From the NCBI GenBank assembly GCA_050633245.1, contig JBOEGD010000019.1:24480-56055 (forward strand): a stretch of 31,576 nt of DNA, in the 5' to 3' direction. This document shows, in pieces, positions 1 to 7,446 of this stretch. The notes under the pieces were generated by a model that searched no databases, was not told the origin of the DNA, and was given only the letters and a program-made list of their open reading frames with translations. Source of the DNA: Calditrichia bacterium (GTDB lineage: Bacteria > Calditrichota > Calditrichia > RBG-13-44-9 > J075). Position numbers and translations under genes: made by a program. Position 1 is the stretch's first letter. Every line of letters starts with the position of its first letter.

Positions 1-77
1 GCTACTTGTAACCTTTTCCTCTCGGTATGACTCTAACCTGCAAATAGAATTACAATTTTTTCATTTAGGAGAATTAA

Positions 78-866
78 ATGCAGGGCATGTTTAAAAGACT
101 TTTGACACTTTTGGGATTAACGCTTTTAATGTCGCTGACCATAGCACAAGACGGTAAGCAGCTGGTAGAGAAAATGACCGAAGCCGTTGGGGGTAAGCAG
201 ACATTTTATGATTTAGGCGATGTAGAATACACGTATACCTATCACGATTTGGTTGCGGATAAAAAGGACGTTGGCGTTGAGCGGTATTTGTTCGATGGGG
301 AGCTTTCCTGGGTAGATTTCAGCGTGCGCGAAAAATTCGCACATCCTGAAATCGAAGGTAAGATCATGCAGGGTTATGATGGTGAGAACTATTGGACGAC
401 TATTAATAGTGTTCCATCGAAAGATGAAAAGATTCTGGGATTTTCCCGCTTCCTGCGTAAAACGAACTATTACTGGTTCTCGATGTTCTTCAAGCTGTTG
501 GACGACGGGATTAACTATGAAAAACTGGATGATCAAGCCGTCAACGGCACCAGCTATCATCGCGTAAAAATTACTTTTGGCGACAATGTCGGTGATGCCA
601 GTGACATTTATGTTCTGTACATTCATCCGGAAACATATTTGGTCGATCAGTTTCTGTTTACGGTACAAGCTTTTAAGATAACCGACCCATTATTGATGGA
701 AGTAAAGTATAGCGAAATAGACGGAGTGAAGCTCCCGACCTGGCGTCGCTATGCACCGGCAAATTGGGAAGGCCAGATTGTAAAAGAAGAGTGGGCGGAG
801 GAAATAAGCGAAAACATCAAGTTTGGCAATGGATTTACTAAAGCAGACTTCCAAGTAGGAAATTGA
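78..866 (+). CDS. Exported hypothetical protein, DUF6503-like (probable beta-rich, LolA-like fold)
   Basis: 262-aa ORF with AGGAG SD at 68-72, an N-terminal signal peptide (LLTLLGLTLLMSLTIA-Q) and a YYWFSMFFKLLD...YVLYIHPETYLVDQFLFTV segment resembling DUF6503 proteins. Family recognised from memory, not searched. Confidence 0.65.
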   Translation: MQGMFKRLLTLLGLTLLMSLTIAQDGKQLVEKMTEAVGGKQTFYDLGDVEYTYTYHDLVADKKDVGVERYLFDGELSWVDFSVREKFAHPEIEGKIMQGYDGENYWTTINSVPSKDEKILGFSRFLRKTNYYWFSMFFKLLDDGINYEKLDDQAVNGTSYHRVKITFGDNVGDASDIYVLYIHPETYLVDQFLFTVQAFKITDPLLMEVKYSEIDGVKLPTWRRYAPANWEGQIVKEEWAEEISENIKFGNGFTKADFQVGN

Positions 867-955
867 TGGTTGATGAATGATGATTGATGAGTTAAGAATG
901 ATTTAACTGTTCAAAAGCTAACATGAACTCATCACTCGTACCTCATCAGTCATCA
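864..955. repeat. Inverted arrays of TGATGAN heptamer repeats between convergent genes
   Basis: 864-891 reads tgatggt-tgatgaa-tgatgat-tgatgag. 928-955 reads ctcatca-ctcgtac-ctcatca-gtcatca, which are reverse-complement units. The two arrays can pair as a long hairpin. Confidence 0.75.
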
Positions 956-956
956 T

Positions 957-1574
957 TTATCGTGGATACACCGGTAGAGACCACTTCCACTTAATTGCGC
1001 CAAGGCGAATTATCAGAGCAATCAGGATACTGACAACCGTCTGCAGGAGGGATGGGAGCGGTAGAAATGAAAGAAGCACATAGCTTATGGCACCAACCGC
1101 AGCAACGGTTGCATAAAGTTCACTACGCAATACCAGCGGGACTTTCTGCGCCATAACATCTCGCAACATACCTCCACCGACACCGGTTAGAATTCCCATT
1201 AGAACAGCAGTGGCCACAGCGACATCCTGATTCATGGCTTTCTGCGTACCAAGAACGGCAAAGAGTGCTAACCCACAGGCGTCGGCAACTAACAACGTGC
1301 GTCGTGGGAAATGCAGTCTGCTGCTGCGTACCACAAGCAGCGCCGCAATCGCGGCACCAATGGTAATCAATATGTAGTTAGAGTCGCGAATCCAGAAGAC
1401 TGGAACGTCCAATACAAGATCGCGAAACGTGCCTCCGCCCACAGCGGTTACAAAGGCCAGCACGATCCCACCGAACAGGTCGAGCTCTTTTTCTCTGGCA
1501 ACTAATGCTCCTGAAAGTGCAAATACCGCGACACCGATCAAATCGAGAGTATAAAAGACAGTCTGTGCTTCGAT
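957..1574 (-). CDS. Trimeric intracellular cation channel (TRIC)/UPF0126 (YadS-like) membrane protein
   Basis: Two UPF0126 repeats: AVFALSGA...DLFG...TAVGGGTFRDLVL and ADACGLALFA...TGVGGGMLRDVM...ELYA. The track starts it at TTG 1541, but the frame stays open to a stop at 1587-1589, and an AAGGA SD points to ATC at 1574. Confidence 0.9.
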   Translation of the reverse strand: MEAQTVFYTLDLIGVAVFALSGALVAREKELDLFGGIVLAFVTAVGGGTFRDLVLDVPVFWIRDSNYILITIGAAIAALLVVRSSRLHFPRRTLLVADACGLALFAVLGTQKAMNQDVAVATAVLMGILTGVGGGMLRDVMAQKVPLVLRSELYATVAAVGAISYVLLSFLPLPSLLQTVVSILIALIIRLGAIKWKWSLPVYPR

Positions 1575-1632
1575 GATTATTTCCTTCTAAATACAGGTGT
1601 CGGGTGCCAGAACTCAGAACTCAGATTCTCTG

Positions 1633-3183
1633 TCAAACAAGCGTAAGTGCCAACACCATATACAGAATACCCGAAATCGTTGCCGCCAGCAGCGCCAGTG
1701 GCATCTGAGTTAAAACGTGATCCATTAGGTCGGAGCCGCAAGCCATTGAGCTTAGGATCGTGGTATCGGAAATTGGTGAACATTGATCTCCAAAGACGGC
1801 GCCTCCCAGAATTGCACCAAAGTTTAGCGCAAAAAATGTTGGGTCGGGGTTTAAGGTAAATGCCAACGGCAGGGCAATTGGAAAGACCACCGCATAAGTG
1901 CCCCAGGATGAGCCGATCGAAAAGGAAACGAACATGCAGATAATCAGCAGAACTGTTGGCAAAATGAACGGCACGGTATTCAGGAAACCAACAGTGCTTT
2001 CAATAATATACTTTGAGGTTCCCAAGGCTTCAGCTACGCTGGCCAACGTAACAGCAAGTCCTAAAATAACCGCACCAACGGTAACACCCTTTATACCTTC
2101 CAAAAGACCGTCGAAGGTATCTTCAAGCGACATGCCACGAAGACCGGAGGTAATCATAGATGCAATTACCGAAAGTCCGAAGGCTTCGAAAACCATTGGC
2201 GATTGGTTCGCAATTGAAGGAAAGATGTTGATAATAAACTGCGTTTGGCCTGCAAGCCATGGGATTATAGAAACGCCAAGGAGTACACCAATAGGCACTG
2301 CAAAGTCTGCCATACCGGGTTTATAATAATCCGGCACTTTTGTAGTATTAAGTTCTTTCGCCATCATTGGCTGGGCATCATCGCTATCGAGCTGGCCGGT
2401 ATTGCGCGCACGCTCGACGGCTGCTGCCATGCGCTTGCCAATCCAGGGCATCTTATCCAGCGCAAAAAGCAGGGTGAAAAAGACTGCAATAATTCCATAA
2501 AAGTTAAATGGAATAGCGGCGTAAAACCAGTCGATTGCCGTTTTGTCTGCCGTAACAATTCCACTGAGAGAAGGAAGCGTAATAAGTCCGGCGATATAGG
2601 CTGGCCATGCGTTGAAAGGAATAACGGTAGCAATTGGAGAAGCCGTCGAGTCTACAATGTAGGCAAGTTCTTCATGCGAGATCTTTTCCCTATCCGCCAC
2701 CGGCTTCACTGTTGTTCCCGTAAGCACAGTACTGATTGTCCCCCCTTGATGAAAGATGACGCCCATTATCCAGGTAAATACTTTTGCAGAACGCGGGGAT
2801 TGCACGTATCGATTTGCTATAGTCTTTGCAAAATACAGCGCGCCACCGTTTTTATTCCACATGCCTATTAAACCACCAAGTGCCCAAAGATAAACCAAAA
2901 GAATTTGAGCATATTTTGTACTGCCTAAACTTGGAATCAGGAAGGCGTTAATCAGATTATATTCAGCGCTTACCAGGCCGCCAAGCACGACGCCAAGAAA
3001 AAGAGCAAATATTACGTTTCGCGTTGCAAAGCACACAATCAAAGTAAACAGTGCGGGAAGCAGAGAGAAAAAGCCGTGATGTTCTGCGGAACCTTCTTGC
3101 CAGTTTAAGCCATGCCATGTTGATGCAGCTGCTAAAACCAGCAACAGTGCCCATATTAGAATGTTGTTATTCTTCGACATCAT
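1633..3183 (-). CDS. Na+/H+ antiporter NhaC-family / amino-acid transporter
   Basis: About 12 hydrophobic segments with motifs SHEELAYIVDSTASP, SFSIGSSWGT and GAVFGDQCSPISDTTILSS...HVLTQMP. ATG 3183 follows a GAGAG SD; the track uses GTG 3192. Confidence 0.9.
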   Translation of the reverse strand: MMSKNNNILIWALLLVLAAASTWHGLNWQEGSAEHHGFFSLLPALFTLIVCFATRNVIFALFLGVVLGGLVSAEYNLINAFLIPSLGSTKYAQILLVYLWALGGLIGMWNKNGGALYFAKTIANRYVQSPRSAKVFTWIMGVIFHQGGTISTVLTGTTVKPVADREKISHEELAYIVDSTASPIATVIPFNAWPAYIAGLITLPSLSGIVTADKTAIDWFYAAIPFNFYGIIAVFFTLLFALDKMPWIGKRMAAAVERARNTGQLDSDDAQPMMAKELNTTKVPDYYKPGMADFAVPIGVLLGVSIIPWLAGQTQFIINIFPSIANQSPMVFEAFGLSVIASMITSGLRGMSLEDTFDGLLEGIKGVTVGAVILGLAVTLASVAEALGTSKYIIESTVGFLNTVPFILPTVLLIICMFVSFSIGSSWGTYAVVFPIALPLAFTLNPDPTFFALNFGAILGGAVFGDQCSPISDTTILSSMACGSDLMDHVLTQMPLALLAATISGILYMVLALTLV

Positions 3184-3230
3184 ATCTCTCACATTTTATG
3201 TTTGCAAAAGGTAAGCAATGAAGCTCTATA

Positions 3231-3267
3231 TAACAAGCCTCCGCCACGCTATTCTGTGGCAGAGGCT
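3231..3267 (-). terminator. Probable intrinsic terminator downstream of the STAS gene
   Basis: Minus strand AGCCTCTGCCAC-agaatagc-GTGGCGGAGGCT forms a 12-bp stem with one U-G pair, followed by a weak U tract (TGTTAT). Confidence 0.6.
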
Positions 3268-3364
3268 CAGGGGGTGTGCTGACAAATTGCCGGCACGGTC
3301 TGTGGAGGAGGAGGGAAATTAATATGTTTTTTGACAGGTCTGAAGCATCTTGTGGTTTGTTCAG

Positions 3365-3673
3365 TTACTTAGCCTTTGTACTATCGAGCAGGTTTTCAGA
3401 AAGCCCGGCCGACTTAAGCATATTCCCAACTAAAGTTGTACAGTTTAGTATAAGTACGTTTGGTGAAATGAGATCAATCAACAGCTCTATGGCTTCAACG
3501 GACAGGTAGGTAATCGAACAAAAGTCGATAACCAGGCGCCGTATTGGACTATTGAATATTTTGACAAGAGACTCGTTCCAGGCAGATAGTTGATCAAGAG
3601 TAATTTCTCCTTCTACCTTTAGAAGGAGCAGGTTTTCCGTTTCCAGAAGGCTGCTTATTTTGAACATTTTCAT
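3365..3673 (-). CDS. Small STAS-like (anti-anti-sigma fold) protein
   Basis: LLLKVEGEI...RLVIDFCSITYLSVEAIELL matches the STAS pattern (lDls.v.yiDS). The AAGGA SD spacing favours the second ATG at 3667 (MFKI). Confidence 0.75.
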   Translation of the reverse strand: MKMFKISSLLETENLLLLKVEGEITLDQLSAWNESLVKIFNSPIRRLVIDFCSITYLSVEAIELLIDLISPNVLILNCTTLVGNMLKSAGLSENLLDSTKAK

Positions 3674-3696
3674 TCCTTTGTTTTTGAAAGGATATA

Positions 3697-3713
3697 ATCT
3701 AATAATATGCCAA
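3697..3713 (-). promoter_or_regulatory. Putative sigma54 -24/-12 promoter of the STAS gene
   Basis: Minus strand TTGGCATATTATTAGAT: GG-N10-GA, with a good -24 and a degenerate -12. It lies about 25 nt before the ATG, with an IHF-like TAAGTATCTGTTT at 3742-3754. Confidence 0.55.
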
Positions 3714-3813
3714 TGGACGTGTGATGGTTAGCTTTGTCTTGTAAGTATCTGTTTATCAGAGGCTTGTGTTGTTTTGGCGGAGGGCAGTTGCTAATTTGTT
3801 GTGCTTGGTAGCT

Positions 3814-3848
3814 TGCCGACATATCAGCAGCCTGCTGACATGTCAACA
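3814..3848. promoter_or_regulatory. Tandem palindromic upstream activator sites (TGCTGA-N4-TCAGCA type)
   Basis: TGCCGACATATCAGCA (3814-3829) and TGCTGACATGTCAACA (3833-3848), starts 19 bp apart, 103 bp upstream of the -24 GG. Confidence 0.75.
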
Positions 3849-3857
3849 GGAATGCTG

Positions 3858-6611
3858 CTAAGGGGGAGCGGCATCGATTCCCAGTTTACGCATACGTGAC
3901 CAGAGGGTCGATCGATTGATATTCAGGAGAGAGGCTGCACCTGAGGGACCAGCCAAAACGCCTCGGGTTTTTTCCAGTGCGTGGATGATGTGCTGACGTT
4001 CCATATCTTCAAGGGTTAGAAAATTGTTACTATTCGAGTCGGAAGCAGTGCTAAAGATTGCGATATGTTTTTCCTGTAGTACACGTCCCTGACATAAAAT
4101 AACGGCACGTTCCAGAATATTTGCCAGTTCCCGAACATTGCCTGACCACAGATTACGCTGCAGCTTTTCAAGTGCTGCGTCGTTGATACCCTGAATGCGC
4201 TTCCCCATATTACGTGAAAATTTTTCGACAAAGTAATGAGCGAGCAGGGGGATATCGCCATGACGTTCACGTAGGGGCGGTATTTCAATTGGAAAAATGT
4301 TGAGTCGATAAAACAGATCGGCGCGAAAGGAGCCGTTTCGCACTTCATCATCGAGGTTGCGATTCGTGGCAGCAATAATTCGCACATCCACCTTCAGGCT
4401 TTGGCTTCCGCCAACTCGCTCAAATTCCTGTTCCTGTAAAACCCGTAGCAACTTTGTCTGCATTTCCAATGGGAGTTCACCAATCTCATCAAGAAAAATA
4501 GTGCCTTTATCCGCGAGCTCAAATTTCCCCTTCTTCTGCACCGTCGCACCGGTAAAGGCTCCCTTCTCATGCCCGAGAAGTTCACTTTCTATCAATCCGG
4601 CTGGCAGAGCTCCGCAGTTTACCTTAATCAGAACCTGCTCTTTGCGACTGCTGGTATTGTGAATGGCGTTTGCCAGCAACTCTTTTCCGGTGCCGGTTTC
4701 TCCAAGCAAAAGTACCGTAGAGTTTGTGTTTGCAACCATTTCTATGTTTTTATATACACTCTGCATAGACGCAGAGGAGCCAATAATTGCTCCGTAGTTC
4801 TGCTTGTTTTGCAGCTCTTCCTGAAGAAGTGCATTTTTAGATTCGAGCTCTTCCAATGCCTCGTTTGCTCTAACCAGCTCATTGATATCTCGAAGAATGA
4901 GAGTGAATAAATGCTCGCTGTTAATCTGTGTATGAGAAATAGTTGCCTCAATCGGAAACGCTTCTCTATTACTGCGCAGTGCTGTGCTTCCCTCAGGGAG
5001 TAGTAGGTTCTGCAAACCTGCATTGGCAACACTACTTTCAATATATGAACCTAAGAGCTCAGCAGATTTATCTCCCAGCATTACCGCCAGCGATTTGTTC
5101 AACGCCTCTTCTGCGCTATATCTGAACATCTTTTCCGCTGAGTGATTGAACATGACTATCTTTTGTGAGCGATTTACCGTAATTATGGCATCCATTGCCG
5201 AGTTCAGAATGCCGGCGAGTCGCTTTTCGCTATTGAAAAGTGCTTCGCCCGTCTCCTTGCGATGCAGAAGATTTGCCAGAATCTCCGCTACTACATTCAA
5301 TAAGGTCACCTCAGACTTCAGCCACTGTTTCTCTTTCCTTACTGAGTCGAATCCAATAAAACCAATGACCTGATTTTTAAACACAACCGGAACGTTGAGG
5401 AGCGATTTAATTTCCTGATCTTCCCAATGGCTCTTTTCAACAATCGCTTCTTCGCCCAGCTCCGAAACGCGCGGAACATATAAGGTTTGTCTTTTTCGCA
5501 GCTTCATACGGACGTAAGAAAAATTACTGATGTCTACATTTTGCAGTTGATTAAGCTGTGGGTCTACATTTGTACTACACCATTCATGGGTATTACGAAT
5601 ATGCTCCTCGTCATTAAACTGAAAGAGATAACAACGGTCGACACCTGAAAACTCTCCAATTCGTCTCAGGGCATAATTGATACCGGCGCAGATTTCTGAA
5701 ACTTCAAGCCCAACGATAAAATTCGAGATATCTGCAATTAGTGCTTCAAAATCCAGCTGTTCCTTTAGTGCATTTTTCGCTTTTTTGCGTTCACTAATAT
5801 CTAACAGAAAGGCCATTGCCTGTTCCATATTTCCTTGAGAATTAAACTTTGCAATCGCGCTGAGCTCAATATCAATTAACTCTCCGGATTTCTTTAGAAA
5901 TTGTAGTTCAACTGCACGGATGGAACCCATTTTCCGCAGGTTTGGCAGTCCCTGAGTGAAAGCAATTTGTTTAGATTCTTCGGTTAGAAAGTCAGTTGCC
6001 CGTTTACCAAGGACTTCTTCGCGAGTATAACCCAGAGTGCTGAGCCAATAATCATTGACGCTGGTAATTTGGGTCTCACTGTTTATGGCATGAAGCATTA
6101 CCGGCGTATGATTGTATAGCGTTCGATGACGCTCTTCGCTATCGTATAGCTCTTGTGCAGCAAGTTTACGGTTCGATATATCGTAGGCAAATGCACAGGC
6201 ATAGCTAATTCCCTCGAACTTGAAATGGTGTGCGCTGATTTCAACTGGAATGGAATTACCGTCTTTTAGGCGTTGGCTGCTCTCGAAGACAAATTGCTTT
6301 TCATCCGTTAATCGCTCCCAGAAAATATCCCAGCCTGCGGAGCTAAAATCCGGGTTCAGTTTATGGATTTGCATGCCACATAGTTCTGCACGCGAATAGC
6401 CAAGTTGAGTACAAGCAGTTTGGTTAACGCTTTGAATAAAGCCCTTCTTATCAATCCAAAAGATGGAATCCGGGCTGCTCTCCAGCGTAAAGTGCGCAAA
6501 TTTCATTTCACGATCTATTTCGCTTTGTCGTTCGGTAGACGTTATGACGCAAGCGGTTTGTTTCGATCGCGCTTCTAATGCTCGCATGTGATTCTCGGGG
6601 TTTAAGTTCAA
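3858..6611 (-). CDS. Sigma54-dependent enhancer-binding protein, FhlA/HyfR type (PAS-PAS-GAF-PAS-AAA+-HTH)
   Basis: Walker A GETGTGKE, GAFTGA, Walker B IFLDEIGE, FRADLFYRL, WSGNVRELAN and C-terminal HTH (AASLLNINRSTLWSRMRKLGI). Three PAS domains and a GAF domain (VDRCYLF...THEWC). Start is TTG 6611 or ATG 6587. Confidence 0.95.
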   Translation of the reverse strand: MNLNPENHMRALEARSKQTACVITSTERQSEIDREMKFAHFTLESSPDSIFWIDKKGFIQSVNQTACTQLGYSRAELCGMQIHKLNPDFSSAGWDIFWERLTDEKQFVFESSQRLKDGNSIPVEISAHHFKFEGISYACAFAYDISNRKLAAQELYDSEERHRTLYNHTPVMLHAINSETQITSVNDYWLSTLGYTREEVLGKRATDFLTEESKQIAFTQGLPNLRKMGSIRAVELQFLKKSGELIDIELSAIAKFNSQGNMEQAMAFLLDISERKKAKNALKEQLDFEALIADISNFIVGLEVSEICAGINYALRRIGEFSGVDRCYLFQFNDEEHIRNTHEWCSTNVDPQLNQLQNVDISNFSYVRMKLRKRQTLYVPRVSELGEEAIVEKSHWEDQEIKSLLNVPVVFKNQVIGFIGFDSVRKEKQWLKSEVTLLNVVAEILANLLHRKETGEALFNSEKRLAGILNSAMDAIITVNRSQKIVMFNHSAEKMFRYSAEEALNKSLAVMLGDKSAELLGSYIESSVANAGLQNLLLPEGSTALRSNREAFPIEATISHTQINSEHLFTLILRDINELVRANEALEELESKNALLQEELQNKQNYGAIIGSSASMQSVYKNIEMVANTNSTVLLLGETGTGKELLANAIHNTSSRKEQVLIKVNCGALPAGLIESELLGHEKGAFTGATVQKKGKFELADKGTIFLDEIGELPLEMQTKLLRVLQEQEFERVGGSQSLKVDVRIIAATNRNLDDEVRNGSFRADLFYRLNIFPIEIPPLRERHGDIPLLAHYFVEKFSRNMGKRIQGINDAALEKLQRNLWSGNVRELANILERAVILCQGRVLQEKHIAIFSTASDSNSNNFLTLEDMERQHIIHALEKTRGVLAGPSGAASLLNINRSTLWSRMRKLGIDAAPP

Positions 6612-6622
6612 CTCAAATGCAA

Positions 6623-6638
6623 TGCTGAAATATCAGCA
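6623..6638. promoter_or_regulatory. Single TGCTGA-N4-TCAGCA palindrome upstream of the activator gene (probable autoregulatory site)
   Basis: TGCTGAAATATCAGCA, identical to 10702-10717, 11 nt upstream of the TTG start. Confidence 0.7.
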
Positions 6639-6729
6639 TCTAAATGAGAGATTTCAATCCCACGAAGATGTTTGGGATGCCACATGTACATGTTTGAAGA
6701 GCAGTAATCGGAGCTGTTGCTGAGCGTTG

Positions 6730-7371
6730 TCAGATTTCTCCACGGAGAGATTTTGATACCACCTCGACCTTACTATTGACGTGCAGTTTACTATAGATGC
6801 GCTTGATGTAGCTGCGTACGGTATCGATGCTGATTTCCATTCGTTGTGCTATCATCTTGTAGCTAAGACCGTCAACCAAACCCTTAACAACCTCGTGCTC
6901 TCGTTCTGTAAGAACAGAATCCTCCGAAGCCGGTTGCGCCGCTGGAACGCGGGTGTTAAAATAGTCTACTACCTTGCGGGCGATTTGAGGAGACATGGGA
7001 GAGCCGCCATTGTGTAGCATATCGACAGATTCACGAATCTTCTGTAGAGGAGTACTTTTTAGAAGATAACCACTGGCGCCGGCGCAGAGAGCCCCGAAGA
7101 TGCGTTCAGCATCATCAAAAACGGTCAGCATAATAAACAGCATGTCGGGGTGCTCTCTTTTCAATAACTTAATTCCATCTATACCAGACATCCCGGGCAG
7201 GCCAATATCCATCAGTACAATTTCCGGCGGGTAATGCGGATCGAGCTCCTTGATAAAAGCTTCTACCGACTCGACAGCGGCTTTACAAACATAGTCTTCG
7301 TTTGCTGTAAAGAAGCTGGCCAGACCCCGTCTAATATCGGGATTGTCTTCAACGATTGCTATAGAGATCAT
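6730..7371 (-). CDS. NarL/LuxR-family response regulator
   Basis: Receiver (IAIVEDN, LMDIGLP, MLT, GYLLK) plus LuxR HTH (LTEREHEV...YKMIA...TVRSYIKRIYSKL). The likely start is ATG 7371; the track starts at 7407. Confidence 0.95.
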   Translation of the reverse strand: MISIAIVEDNPDIRRGLASFFTANEDYVCKAAVESVEAFIKELDPHYPPEIVLMDIGLPGMSGIDGIKLLKREHPDMLFIMLTVFDDAERIFGALCAGASGYLLKSTPLQKIRESVDMLHNGGSPMSPQIARKVVDYFNTRVPAAQPASEDSVLTEREHEVVKGLVDGLSYKMIAQRMEISIDTVRSYIKRIYSKLHVNSKVEVVSKSLRGEI

Positions 7372-7446
7372 GCTGTTTTCCTTTGACACATTTTCAATAG
7401 TATACAATTGTCAATTTAGGAATGCAAAAAATGTTGGATCGTCGAG

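Noticed and set aside
864-955. CRISPR array or tRNA/rRNA genes
   Set aside because: The repeats are 7-9 nt tandem units without unique spacers. No cas genes or structural RNA signatures were seen anywhere in the window.
3193-3364. Amino-acid riboswitch (lysine, glycine, SAM, T-box) upstream of the NhaC gene
   Set aside because: No recognisable conserved riboswitch motifs by eye, and the hairpins fit the 3' end of the STAS transcript. An Rfam scan would be decisive.
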